A stretch of DNA of 64,000 nt from Mytilus trossulus. Taxonomy: Eukaryota. Position 1 is the stretch's first letter. Each line of letters opens with the position of its first letter. Shown here in pieces: positions 50,980 to 63,624 of this stretch. Position numbers and translations under genes: made by a program. Location of the stretch: contig NC_086377.1 in assembly GCF_036588685.1 (NCBI RefSeq), positions 28,458,001-28,522,000 of the forward strand, in the 5' to 3' direction. The notes below the pieces were generated by a model. That model was given only the letters and a program-made list of their open reading frames with translations. It was not told where the DNA came from and searched no databases.

Positions 50980-53900
50980 AACATATGCCATTGTACGTAT
51001 TGTTTCGTCGTTATCATACATCAACCATGTGCCACTGCACTTAAAGTTTCGTCGTTATCATACATGAAACATGTGCCACTGCACGTAAAGTTTCGTCGTT
51101 ATCATACAAGAAACATGTGCCACTGCACGTAAAGTATCGTCTTTATCATACATGAAACATGTGCAATTGCACGTAAAGTTTCGTCGTTATCATACATGAA
51201 ACATGTGCCACTGCACGTTAAGTTGTGTCGTTATCATACATGAAACATGTGCCACTGAACGTAAAGTTTCGTCGTTATCATACATGAAACATGTGCCACT
51301 GCACGTAAAGTATAGTCGTTATCATACATGAAACATGTGCCACTGTACGTAAAGTATCGTCGTTATCATACATAAAACATGTGCCACTGCACGTATAGAA
51401 TCGTCGTTAAGATACATAAAACATGTGCCACTGCACGTATAGAATCGTCGTTAAGATACATAAAACATGTGCCACTGCACGTATAGAATCGTCGTTAAGA
51501 TACATACAACATGTGCCACTGCACGTAAAGAATCGTCGTTATCATACATAAAACATGTGCCACTGCACGTATAGAATCTTTGTTATCATACATGAAACAT
51601 GTGCCACTGCACGTATAGTATCGTCGTTTAAATACTTAAAAAATGTGCCACTGCACATATAGAATCGTCGTAATCATACATGAAGCATGTGCCACTACAC
51701 GTAAAGTATCGTTGTTATCTTACATGAAACATGTGCCACTGCAAGTATATAATCGTCGTTAAGATACATAAAACATGTGCCACTGCAAGTATAGAATCAT
51801 CGTTATTATACAAGAAACATGTGCCACTGCACGTTTGGTATCGTCGTTATCATACATGAAACATATGCCACTGCACGTAAAGTATCGTCGTTATCATACA
51901 TGAAACATGTGCCACTGCACGTAAAGTTTCGTCGTTATCATACATGAAACATGTGCCACTGAACGTATAGTTTTGTCGTTATCATACATGGAACATGTGC
52001 CACTGCATGTTAAGTTTTGTCGTTATCATACATGGAACATGTGCCACTGAACGTAAAGTTTTGTTGTTATCATACATCAACCATGTGCCACTGAACGTAT
52101 AGTATCGTCGTTATCTTACATGAAACATGTGCCACTGAACGTAAAGTTTTGTCGTTATCATACATGAAACATGTGCCACTGAACGTATAGTATCATCGTT
52201 ATCATACATGTGCCTCTGCACGTAAAGTATCGTCGTTATCATACATGAAACATGTGCCACTGCACGTAAAGTTTCGTCGTTATCATACAAGAAACATATG
52301 CCACTGAACGTAATGTATCGTCGTTATCATACATGAAACATCTGCCACTTCACGTATAGTATCGTCATTATCTTACATGAAACATGTGCCACTGCGCATA
52401 AAGTTTCGTCTTTATCATACATGAAACATGTGCCACTGCACGTAAAGTATCGTCGTTATCATACATAAAACATGTGCCACTGCACGTATAGAATCGTCGT
52501 TATCATACATAAAACATGTGCCACTGCACGTTAATTATAGTCGTTAACGTACATGAAACATCTGCCACTTCACGTATAGAATCGTCGTTATCATACATGA
52601 AACATGTGCCACTGCACGTATAGAATCGTCGTTATCATACATGAAACATGTGCCACTGCACGTATAGAATCGTCGTTATCATACATAAAACATGTGCCAC
52701 TGCACGTAATGTATCGTCGTTATCATACATGAAACATCTGCCACTGCTCGTATAGTATCGTCATTATCATACATGAAACATGTGCCACTGCACGTATAGT
52801 ATCGTCATTATCTTACATGAAACATGTGCCGCTGCACGTAAAGTTTCGTCGTTATCATACATGAAACATGTGCCACTGCACGTAAAGTATCGTCGTTATC
52901 ATACATGAAACATGTGCCACTGCACGTATAGAATCGTCGTTATCATACATAAAGCATGTGCCACTGCACGTATAGAATCGTCATTAAGATACATAAAACA
53001 TGTGCCACTGCACGTATAGAATCGTCGTTAAGATACATACAACATGTGCCACTGCCCGTATAGAATCGTCGTTATCATACATAAAACATGTGCCACTGCA
53101 CGTATAGAATCCTCGTCATCATACATGAAACATGTGCCACTGCACGTATAGCATCGTTGTTAAGATACATAAAGCATGTGCCACTGCACATATAGAATCG
53201 TCGTAATCATACATGAAACATATGCTACACGTAAAATATCGTTGTTATCTTACATGAAACACGTGCCACTGCAAGTATAGAATCGTCGTTAAGATACATA
53301 AAACATGTGCCACTGCAAGTATAGAATCGTCGTTATCATACAAGAAACATGTGCCACTGCACGTTTAGTATCGTCGTTATCATACATGAAACATGTGCCA
53401 CTGCACGTAGAGTTTCGTCGTTATCAAACATGAAACATGTGCCACTGAACGTATAGTTTTGTCGTTATCATACATGGAACATGTGCCACTGCATGTTAAG
53501 TTTTGTCGTTATCATACATGGAACATGTGCCACTGAACGTAAAGTTTCGTTGTTATCATACATCAACCATGTGCCACTGAACGTATAGAATCGGCGTTAT
53601 CATACATGAAACATGTGCCACTGCACGTAAAGTTTTGTCGTTTTCAAACATGAAACATGTGCCACTGAACGTATAGTATCGTCGTTATCATACATGTGCC
53701 ACTGCACGTAAAGTTTCGTCGTTATCATACATGAAACATGTGCCACTGAACGTACATTTCGTAGTTATCATACATGAAACAGTGCCACTGCACGTAAAGT
53801 ATCGTTGTTATCATACATTAAACATGTGCCACTGCACGTAAAGTTTCGTCGTTATCATACAAGAAACATATGACACTGAACGTAATGTATCGTCGTTATC

Positions 53901-54020
53901 ATACATGAAACATCTGCCTCTTCACTTATAGTATCGTCGTTATCTTACATGAAACATGTGCCACTGCACATAAAATTTAGTCTTTATCATACATGAACCA
54001 TGTACCACTGCACATTAATT
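50980..54020 (+). repeat. 44-bp satellite/minisatellite, roughly 65-70 copies
   Basis: Consensus catgaaacatgtgccactgcacgtaaagtatcgtcgttatcata. Confidence 0.97.
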
Positions 54021-55005
54021 ATCGCGTCCTGAACATATTTACAACACGTGCCACTGAACGTAAAGTATCGTCGTTATCATACATGAACAATGTGCCACTG
54101 CATGTTAATTATCGTCCTGAACATATTTACAACATGTGCCACTGAACGTAAGGTATAGTCGTTATCATACATGGAACATGTGCCACTGCACGTTAATTAT
54201 CGCGTCCTGAACATATTTACAACATGTGCCACTGAACGTAGAGTAATTCGTTATTATACATGAACCATGTGCCACTGCACGTGAATTATCATCCTGAATA
54301 TATTTACAACATGTGCCACTGCACGTTAATTATCGTCCTGAACATATTTACAACATGGGCCACTGAACTTAAGGTATGGTCGTTATCATTCATGAAACAT
54401 GTGCTACTGCACGTTAATTATCGTCCTGAATATATTTACAACATGTGCCACTGCACGTTAGTTATCGTCCTGAACATATTTACAACATGGGCCACTGAAC
54501 TTAAGGTATGGTCGTTATCATTCATGAAACATGTGCTACTGCACGTTAGTTATCGTCTTGAATATATTTACAACATGTGCTACTGCACGTTAGTTATCGT
54601 CTTGAATATATTTACAACATGTGCCACTGCACGTTAATTATCGTCCTGAACATATTTACAACATGTGCCACTGAACGTAAGGTATTGTCGTTATCATTCA
54701 TGAAACATGTGCTACTGCACGTTAATTATCGTCCTGAATATATTTACAACATGTGCCACTGCACGTTAGTTATCGTCTTGAATATATTTACAACATGTGC
54801 TACTGCACGTTGATTATCGTCCTGAACATATTTACAACATGTGCCACTGCACGTTAGTTATCGTCTTGAATATATTTACAACATGTGCTACTGCACGTTA
54901 GTTATCGTCTTGAATATATTTACAACATGTGCCACTGCACGTTAGTTATCGTCTTGAATATATTTACAACATGTGCCATTGAACGTGAAGTATCGTCGTA
55001 AACAT
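54020..55005 (+). repeat. Variant 44-bp satellite subarray, interleaved with and then replacing the main unit
   Basis: Unit acaacatgtgccactgcacgttaattatcgtcctgaacatattt. Confidence 0.92.
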
Positions 55006-55624
55006 ACAAACTTAGATGGAGTGTTGTCTCATCAGCACTCCTATCGCATCCTTTTATATCTATGAAACGTTGTCAACAAACGTTTTGCCTATAATTCTGT
55101 AAGATTTTTTGGGCCAATTGTTTCCTGTATTTTAAGGGCTATATTTTACGTTGAGTAACATGAACATGTTTCATGCATTTTCAGGGCTATATTTTATGAT
55201 CAGTTACATGCACAATTTGTCATGTATTTTCAGGGCTATATTTTACGTTGAGTAACATGCCCAAGTTTCATGTATTTTCACACCTATACTGTACATCCAG
55301 TTAAATGCACATATTTCTGTTTAGTTTATGACGATTCTTTATTTCAGTGGCACACGTTTCGTGTTTTTGTTAGGATTATACATTATTTTCAGTGGCGTAT
55401 GTTTCAAAGATATAAGAATATGTGATATGAGTGCCAATGAGACAACTCTCCATACAAGTCACAATTTTCAATAATGTTTACAACGACACTTAACGTTCAG
55501 TGGCATTGCTTTTTTGTTTGTTAATGACTATACTTTTAAGTTACGAGTAAATGTTTCTGGTTTGTTAAGGACTACTTTACACTCAGTGGTATATGTTTCG
55601 TGCATGTTCTGGACGAATCTTTAC

Positions 55625-57150
55625 TTTCAGTGGCACATGTTTCATGTTCATTCAACAGATAGGGCTATACCTAATGTTCAGTGGCACATGTTTCATGTTT
55701 ATTCACCAGGGCTATACTTTACGTTCTGTGGCACATATATCATGCTTATTCACGAGGGCTATACTTTACGTTCAGTGACACATGTTTCATGTTTATTCAA
55801 CAGGGCTATACTCTTAACGTTCAGTGGCGCATGTTTCATGTTTATTCACCAGGGCTATATTTTACGTTCAGTGGCACATGTTTCATGTTTATTCAACAGG
55901 GCTATACTTAATGTTCATTGGCACATGTTTCATGTTTATTCACCAGGGCTATACTTTACGTTCAGTGGCACATATTTCATGTTTATTCACCAGGGTTATA
56001 CTTTACGTTCAGTGGCACATGTTTCATGTTTATTCAACAGTGCTATACTTAACGTTCAGTGGCACATGTTTCATGTTTATTCACCAGGGCTATACTTTAC
56101 GTTCAGTGGCACATGTTTCATGTTTATTCAACAGGGCTATACTTAATGTTCAGTGGCACATATTTCATGTTTATTAACCAGGGCTTTACTTTACGTTCAG
56201 TGGCACATGTTTCATGTTTATTCACCAGGGCTATATTTTACGTTCAGTGGCACATGTTTCATGTTTATTCACCAGGGCTATACTTTACGTTCAGCTGCAC
56301 ATGTTTCATGTTTATTCAACAGGGCTATACTGAATGTTCAGTGGCACATGTTTCATGTTTATTCACCATGGCTATACTTTACGTTCAGTGACACATATTT
56401 CATGTTTATTCAACAGGGCTATACTTTACGTTCAGTGGCACATGTTTCATGTTTATTCAACAGGGCTATACTCTTAACGTTCAGTGGCACATGTTTCATG
56501 TTTATTCACCGGGGCTATATTTTACGTTCAGTGGCACATGTTTCATGTTTATTCAACAGGGCTATACTTAATGTTCATGTTTATTCACCAGGGCTATACT
56601 TTACGTTCAGTGGCACATATTTCATGTTTATTCACCAGGGCTATATTTTACGTTCAGTGGCACATGTTTCATGTTTATTCACCAGGGCTATACTTTACGT
56701 TCAGTGGCACATGTTTCGTGTTTATTCAACAGAGCTATACTTAATGTTCAGTGGCACATATATCATGTTTATTCACCAGGGCTATACTTTACGTTCAGTG
56801 AAACATGTTTCATGTTTATTCAACAGGGCTATACTCTTAACGTTCAGTGGCACATGTTTCATGTTTATTACACAGGGCTATAGTTAATGTTCAGTGGCAC
56901 ATATTTCATGTTTATTCACCAGGGCTATACTTTACGTTCAGTGGCACATGTTTCATGTTTATTCACCAGGGCTATATTTTACGTTCAGTGGCACATGTTT
57001 CATGTTTATTCACCAGGGCTATACTTTACGTTCAGTGGCACATGTTTCATGTTTATTCACCAGGGCTATACCTTACGTTCAGTGGCACATGTTTCATGTT
57101 TATTCACCAGGGCTATATTTTACGTTCTTTGGCACATGGTTCATGTTCAT
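55625..57150 (-). repeat. 46-48-bp satellite (~32 copies), related to the 44-bp array but inverted
   Basis: + strand unit ttcagtggcacatgtttcatgtttattcaccagggctatactttacg; its reverse complement shares catgaaacatgtgccactgaacgtaaagtat. Confidence 0.97.
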
Positions 57151-57873
57151 AGACCAATTGACGTTAAAAGCACAGGCACTTATTTCTATCCATTGGGAGA
57201 TCCACTATCAACGTATATATACACAAGAAGGTATCCATCTACCACTTTTCACCTCTCCGCTTCCAACCTGTATTTCTCTGTCATTTCATTCTCAAATTTC
57301 TTGTTCCATACACCATTTAATTTATGAAAAGAGTTTGTTTCAGATGATATACATTGAATTTGTATTTATCCTTAGAGTACCCCTTACCTCTAATATAGAA
57401 ATAAATGCCTGTGCGTAAAAGTTAGCGACTACAGGTCAACGTACGGCTTTAAACACATGCAATATTAATTTCGCATAGCAGGCTTTGCAATGCATCAGCC
57501 TGATAAATGTTAATCAATCCAAGCAAACTACTAACGGCTGGATTTATTTGACAAGAGTTCACTCTGAAATGTCTCGCTTGCTTTACTGACGATTAATTTA
57601 GGTTGAAAGTATAGAAAGTAAAGTTTTACTACAAGCATCAAATAAAACTAACAATTCTAAAGATCCATAACAATGAGGCCAAGGTCATATAAACCTGACA
57701 GACCTTTACGTCTTTTAATCATTACATACACCAATATATCTGACCTATTGCTTATGCATGGTAATCGAATGCAGACCAAAACACAAAAACTCAGGATTAA
57801 AGAATGAACCACAAAAAATTAGGTAAATGCAAGATGAAACCTGTCATATTGACATCACCCCTTACAACTTGAA

Positions 57874-58500
57874 TTAAGAAATAATTCATGGGGGCTTGAA
57901 TATATCGTTATTTTACCACGGGTTGGCCCTTTATGACAAATATTTTACCCTGAGCGATAGCGAGGGGTAAAATATCGGCATAAAGGGACAACCCGTGGTA
58001 AAATCTAGATATATTCAAGCCCCCATGAATTATTTCGATTCTGATAGGACAATAACGGCATTTTTTTTGGATCGTAGCGCTCTAGGTGGAGGCCATTGTT
58101 TGCCGTTCCCATAAATTAACGCACTTTTAGATTGGCGTTAAAGAACGGAGCAAACAGAATACGTGACATGCTCAAACTATTCACAAAACTTATTTAGATA
58201 GATTTGGATGAATTTTAATGATAACTTACTTAAATGTATTCTATGTACATAAAAAAAATTGGGCTTATACCACATTTTAGCATCGTTTGTTTACGTTTCC
58301 TTGTTGTGATGATTTTCGGTATCAAAAGCGTGTATTTTCCCGTAAAATGCTTTAATTATAACGTCATCATTCTATGACGTCGGGTACTTCATTCATAAAT
58401 AAACATATGACGTGGGAGTACGATCGGAACAGCCAATGCAATATATTCATATTTTACCACGGGTCTGTACTCAAAGCGTTTGAAGGACGTCATGTTAGAA
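57874..58500 (+). mobile_element. Hairpin-headed non-autonomous element; contains the breakpoint of the 2780-bp duplication
   Basis: ~75-bp arm stem-loop with apex gagcgatagcgag; colinear with 21634-22235; its 3' half is repeated at 61006 and 63786. Confidence 0.8.
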
Positions 58501-59440
58501 TCCTTCCATACACCACATGTAGTTGACCTACTTCCTATGGTATATGAGAAACACACCTAATCATGTAATAGTAGCCTTGACCACTGAAGACCTGTTGGTG
58601 AAATTCTGCTGTTGTTTGTTATTGTCTCTTTGACACATTCCCAATTTCCATTCTCAATTTTATGTACACGTAGACGTTGGCTAGCAGAGAACCGATTCAC
58701 AAAATATTACTCAAAATAAGTGAGAATTTGAGGTTTAAACCAGTATGTCTTCTTAGGTGTCTATCTATATATAAATAAATTACAACGCTCACTAAACATC
58801 CACCATATTTATGACTATTTCAAGGTTTATCTCAAAATACAGATTTATATATACGGATATATTATGTGCTTACATGTATGTTCTAACATTTACTCAATCT
58901 TTAACAACTATTAATTTATTACTTCAAATAAATTTTTTAATACAAAATTCATTTTAACGAGTTTTACCCAAGTTTGTATTCTAAGTTGTCTTTTTAAGTC
59001 ACAAATTCCAATAAATTCTGCAACACATGCATTACATTATTGTGGTTTTACAGGCTGTACATGTCTTGTAATGTGTTTCTGTAAATTACAAATCAGATTA
59101 AAACTTTTACCACATACATGTACATACAATGTATCTCCTATATATGTGTTCTCACGTGTCTCTGCACATTTCTAAGATAACACTAAGACTTTTACCACCA
59201 ACATCAAAATAATGAGATTTATCGACTGTATTTGTTCTCATGAGTCTCTGTACATTTTTGAAGTTACTAAAATCGTTATCTCCAACATCACAGTCATGAG
59301 ATGTAACTCTTGTATGTGTTCTCATGTGTCTCTGCACATTTCTAAAATAACTAAAACTTTTATCTCCAACATCTTCGACATGAGGTTAATCACCTGTATG
59401 TGTTCTCATGTGTCTGTAAATTACACCGACGACTAAACTT

Positions 59441-60844
59441 TTAACCACATACGTCGAATGAATGAGGTTTATTACCTGTATGTATTCTCATGTGAATCTG
59501 TAAATAATGACGCCGACTAAAGCCCTTACCGCATACACCACAGTCATGAGGTTGATCATATGTATGTGTTCTCATGTGAGTCTTTAAATCCTTCAGCCGA
59601 CTAAAGCCTTTACCACATACATCGCAATCATGAGGTTTATCGTCCGTATGTGTTTTCATATGAGTCTTTAGACTATCCGGCCGAGTAAAGCCCTTACCAC
59701 ATACATCACAATGATGAGGTTTATGACCTGTATGTGTTCTCATGTGATACCTTAGTTTACTAGACTGACTAAACCCTTTACCACATACATCACAGCTATA
59801 TGGTTTATCACCGGTATGTGTTCTCTTGTGAATTTTCAAACTACTCGACTGACTAAACTGTTTACCACATAAATCACAGGCATGAGGTTTTTCACCTGTA
59901 TGTGTTCTCATGTGTGTCTGTAAATTACCAAGACGACTAAACCCACTACCACATACATCACATTCATAAGGTACATGTATATCACCGGTATGTGTTCTTT
60001 TGTGATTCTTCAAACTACAAGGCTGACTAAACCCTTTACCACAAACATCACAGTCATGATGTTTATCGTCCGTATGTGTTCTCATATGATTCTTTAAATT
60101 ATCCAGCCGACCAAACCCTTTTCCACACACATCACAGCCATAAAGTTTATCGCCCACATGTTTTTTCAGGTGATCTTTTAAATCATCCAGCCGACTAAAT
60201 TCTTTACCACAGACATCACAGATATATGGTTTATCACCTGTATGGGTTCTCTTGTGATTCTTCAAACTACCCGACTGACTAAAGCCTCTACCACATACAT
60301 CACACACATAAGGTGTATCCCCTGTGTGTGTTCGCATGTGAGTCTTTAAACCACCGAGCCGACTACAGCCTTTACCACATACTTTACATACATGCAATGT
60401 ATCACCTGTATGTGTGAGCATGTGAATGTTTAAACTACAAGGCTTACTGAACTCTTTACTGCATACATCACAGGCATGAGTTTTGTTTCTATTTGTTCTC
60501 AAATGAGTCTTTAAATTATCCAGCCGACTAAAGCCTTTCCCGCATACACCACAGTTGTGAGGTTGGTCACCTGTATGTGTTCTCATGTGAGTCTTCAAAT
60601 CATCCAGCTGACTAAAGCTTTTACAACATACTTTACAGCCATAAGGTTTGTTCCTATGTGTTCTCATATGAGTCTTTAAATTACCCATCCGACTAAAGCC
60701 CTTCCCGCATACACCACAGTTGTGAGGTTTACCACCTGTATGTATTCTCATGTGTTTCATTAAACTGCCCGACTGACTGAAGCCTTTACAACATACCTCA
60801 CAGACATGAGGTTTGTCATGTGTATCATCTGTTTGTGTTGTCAT
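59441..60844 (-). CDS. C2H2 zinc-finger protein, 16 tandem fingers, no effector domain visible (copy 1)
   Basis: 467-aa ORF from an ATG; CxxC-12-HxxxH units with TGDKP-type linkers; followed by degenerate fingers at ~59040-59440. Confidence 0.88.
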   Translation of the reverse strand: MTTQTDDTHDKPHVCEVCCKGFSQSGSLMKHMRIHTGGKPHNCGVCGKGFSRMGNLKTHMRTHRNKPYGCKVCCKSFSQLDDLKTHMRTHTGDQPHNCGVCGKGFSRLDNLKTHLRTNRNKTHACDVCSKEFSKPCSLNIHMLTHTGDTLHVCKVCGKGCSRLGGLKTHMRTHTGDTPYVCDVCGRGFSQSGSLKNHKRTHTGDKPYICDVCGKEFSRLDDLKDHLKKHVGDKLYGCDVCGKGFGRLDNLKNHMRTHTDDKHHDCDVCGKGFSQPCSLKNHKRTHTGDIHVPYECDVCGSGFSRLGNLQTHMRTHTGEKPHACDLCGKQFSQSSSLKIHKRTHTGDKPYSCDVCGKGFSQSSKLRYHMRTHTGHKPHHCDVCGKGFTRPDSLKTHMKTHTDDKPHDCDVCGKGFSRLKDLKTHMRTHTYDQPHDCGVCGKGFSRRHYLQIHMRIHTGNKPHSFDVCG

Positions 60845-62220
60845 ACCTTTTGTTGTTAATTACTGGTTTAACTAAACCTTCAACTAATCTAAAACTGGAG
60901 TTGTGTGTCTCTTTAGATAACTGTAAAAAGAGCATAAATATAACAAAAATAAGTTTACGCCATAAATATAACAAAAATAAGTTTACGCCATAAATATAAC
61001 AAAAGTTACTTAAATGTATTCTATGTACATAAAAAAAATTGGGCTTATACCACATTTTAGCATCGTTTGTTTACGTTTCCTTGTTGTGATGATTTTCGGT
61101 ATCAAAAGCGTGTATTTTCCCGTAAAATGCTTTAATTATAACGTCATCATTCTATGACGTCGGGTACTTCATTCATAAATAAACATATGACGTGGGAGTA
61201 CGATCGGAACAGCCAATGCAATATATTCATATTTTACCACGGGTCTGTACTCAAAGCGTTTGAAGGACGTCATGTTAGAATCCTTCCATACACCACATGT
61301 AGTTGACCTACTTCCTATGGTATATGAGAAACACACCTAATCATGTAATAGTAGCCTTGACCACTGAAGACCTGTTGGTGACATTCTGCTGTTGTTTGTT
61401 ATTGTCTCTTTGACACATTCCCAATTTCCATTCTCAATTTTATGTACACGTAGACGTTGGCTAGCAGAGAACCGATTCACAAAATATTACTCAAAATAAG
61501 TGAGAATTTGAGGTTTAAACCAGTATGTCTTCTTAGGTGTCTATCTATATATAAATAAATTACAACGCTCACTAAACATCCACCATATTTATGACTATTT
61601 CAAGGTTTATCTCAAAATACAGATTTATATATACGGATATATTATGTGCTTACATGTATGTTCTAACATTTACTCAATCTTTAACAACTATTAATTTATT
61701 ACTTCAAATAAATTTTTTAATACAAAATTCATTTTAACGAGTTTTACCCAAGTTTGTATTCTAAGTTGTCTTTTTAAGTCACAAATTCCAATAAATTCTG
61801 CAACACATGCATTACATTATTGTGGTTTTACAGGCTGTACATGTCTTGTAATGTGTTTCTGTAAATTACAAATCAGATTAAAACTTTTACCACATACATG
61901 TACATACAATGTATCTCCTATATATGTGTTCTCACGTGTCTCTGCACATTTCTAAGATAACACTAAGACTTTTACCACCAACATCAAAATAATGAGATTT
62001 ATCGACTGTATTTGTTCTCATGAGTCTCTGTACATTTTTGAAGTTACTAAAATCGTTATCTCCAACATCACAGTCATGAGATGTAACTCTTGTATGTGTT
62101 CTCATGTGTCTCTGCACATTTCTAAAATAACTAAAACTTTTATCTCCAACATCTTCGACATGAGGTTAATCACCTGTATGTGTTCTCATGTGTCTGTAAA
62201 TTACACCGACGACTAAACTT

Positions 62221-63624
62221 TTAACCACATACGTCGAATGAATGAGGTTTATTACCTGTATGTATTCTCATGTGAATCTGTAAATAATGACGCCGACTAA
62301 AGCCCTTACCGCATACACCACAGTCATGAGGTTGATCATATGTATGTGTTCTCATGTGAGTCTTTAAATCCTTCAGCCGACTAAAGCCTTTACCACATAC
62401 ATCGCAATCATGAGGTTTATCGTCCGTATGTGTTTTCATATGAGTCTTTAGACTATCCGGCCGAGTAAAGCCCTTACCACATACATCACAATGATGAGGT
62501 TTATGACCTGTATGTGTTCTCATGTGATACCTTAGTTTACTAGACTGACTAAACCCTTTACCACATACATCACAGCTATATGGTTTATCACCGGTATGTG
62601 TTCTCTTGTGAATTTTCAAACTACTCGACTGACTAAACTGTTTACCACATAAATCACAGGCATGAGGTTTTTCACCTGTATGTGTTCTCATGTGTGTCTG
62701 TAAATTACCAAGACGACTAAACCCACTACCACATACATCACATTCATAAGGTACATGTATATCACCGGTATGTGTTCTTTTGTGATTCTTCAAACTACAA
62801 GGCTGACTAAACCCTTTACCACAAACATCACAGTCATGATGTTTATCGTCCGTATGTGTTCTCATATGATTCTTTAAATTATCCAGCCGACCAAACCCTT
62901 TTCCACACACATCACAGCCATAAAGTTTATCGCCCACATGTTTTTTCAGGTGATCTTTTAAATCATCCAGCCGACTAAATTCTTTACCACAGACATCACA
63001 GATATATGGTTTATCACCTGTATGGGTTCTCTTGTGATTCTTCAAACTACCCGACTGACTAAAGCCTCTACCACATACATCACACACATAAGGTGTATCC
63101 CCTGTGTGTGTTCGCATGTGAGTCTTTAAACCACCGAGCCGACTACAGCCTTTACCACATACTTTACATACATGCAATGTATCACCTGTATGTGTGAGCA
63201 TGTGAATGTTTAAACTACAAGGCTTACTGAACTCTTTACTGCATACATCACAGGCATGAGTTTTGTTTCTATTTGTTCTCAAATGAGTCTTTAAATTATC
63301 CAGCCGACTAAAGCCTTTCCCGCATACACCACAGTTGTGAGGTTGGTCACCTGTATGTGTTCTCATGTGAGTCTTCAAATCATCCAGCTGACTAAAGCTT
63401 TTACAACATACTTTACAGCCATAAGGTTTGTTCCTATGTGTTCTCATATGAGTCTTTAAATTACCCATCCGACTAAAGCCCTTCCCGCATACACCACAGT
63501 TGTGAGGTTTACCACCTGTATGTATTCTCATGTGTTTCATTAAACTGCCCGACTGACTGAAGCCTTTACAACATACCTCACAGACATGAGGTTTGTCATG
63601 TGTATCATCTGTTTGTGTTGTCAT
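62221..63624 (-). CDS. C2H2 zinc-finger protein, 16 tandem fingers (copy 2, identical protein)
   Basis: Same 467-aa translation as 59441-60844. Confidence 0.88.
   Translation of the reverse strand: MTTQTDDTHDKPHVCEVCCKGFSQSGSLMKHMRIHTGGKPHNCGVCGKGFSRMGNLKTHMRTHRNKPYGCKVCCKSFSQLDDLKTHMRTHTGDQPHNCGVCGKGFSRLDNLKTHLRTNRNKTHACDVCSKEFSKPCSLNIHMLTHTGDTLHVCKVCGKGCSRLGGLKTHMRTHTGDTPYVCDVCGRGFSQSGSLKNHKRTHTGDKPYICDVCGKEFSRLDDLKDHLKKHVGDKLYGCDVCGKGFGRLDNLKNHMRTHTDDKHHDCDVCGKGFSQPCSLKNHKRTHTGDIHVPYECDVCGSGFSRLGNLQTHMRTHTGEKPHACDLCGKQFSQSSSLKIHKRTHTGDKPYSCDVCGKGFSQSSKLRYHMRTHTGHKPHHCDVCGKGFTRPDSLKTHMKTHTDDKPHDCDVCGKGFSRLKDLKTHMRTHTYDQPHDCGVCGKGFSRRHYLQIHMRIHTGNKPHSFDVCG

Noticed and set aside
50980-54020. 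Derivation of the 44-bp satellite from ZF coding repeats (cacatgaaaacacat versus tacatgaaacat)
   Set aside because: Similarity is limited to about 10 AT-rich bases, and the period does not match the 84-bp finger unit
50980-57150. CRISPR-like appearance (conserved core with variable linker) and long ORFs in the satellites
   Set aside because: Spacers are not unique, there are no cas genes, and the context is eukaryotic. The ORFs are frame-cycling translations of a stop-poor repeat.
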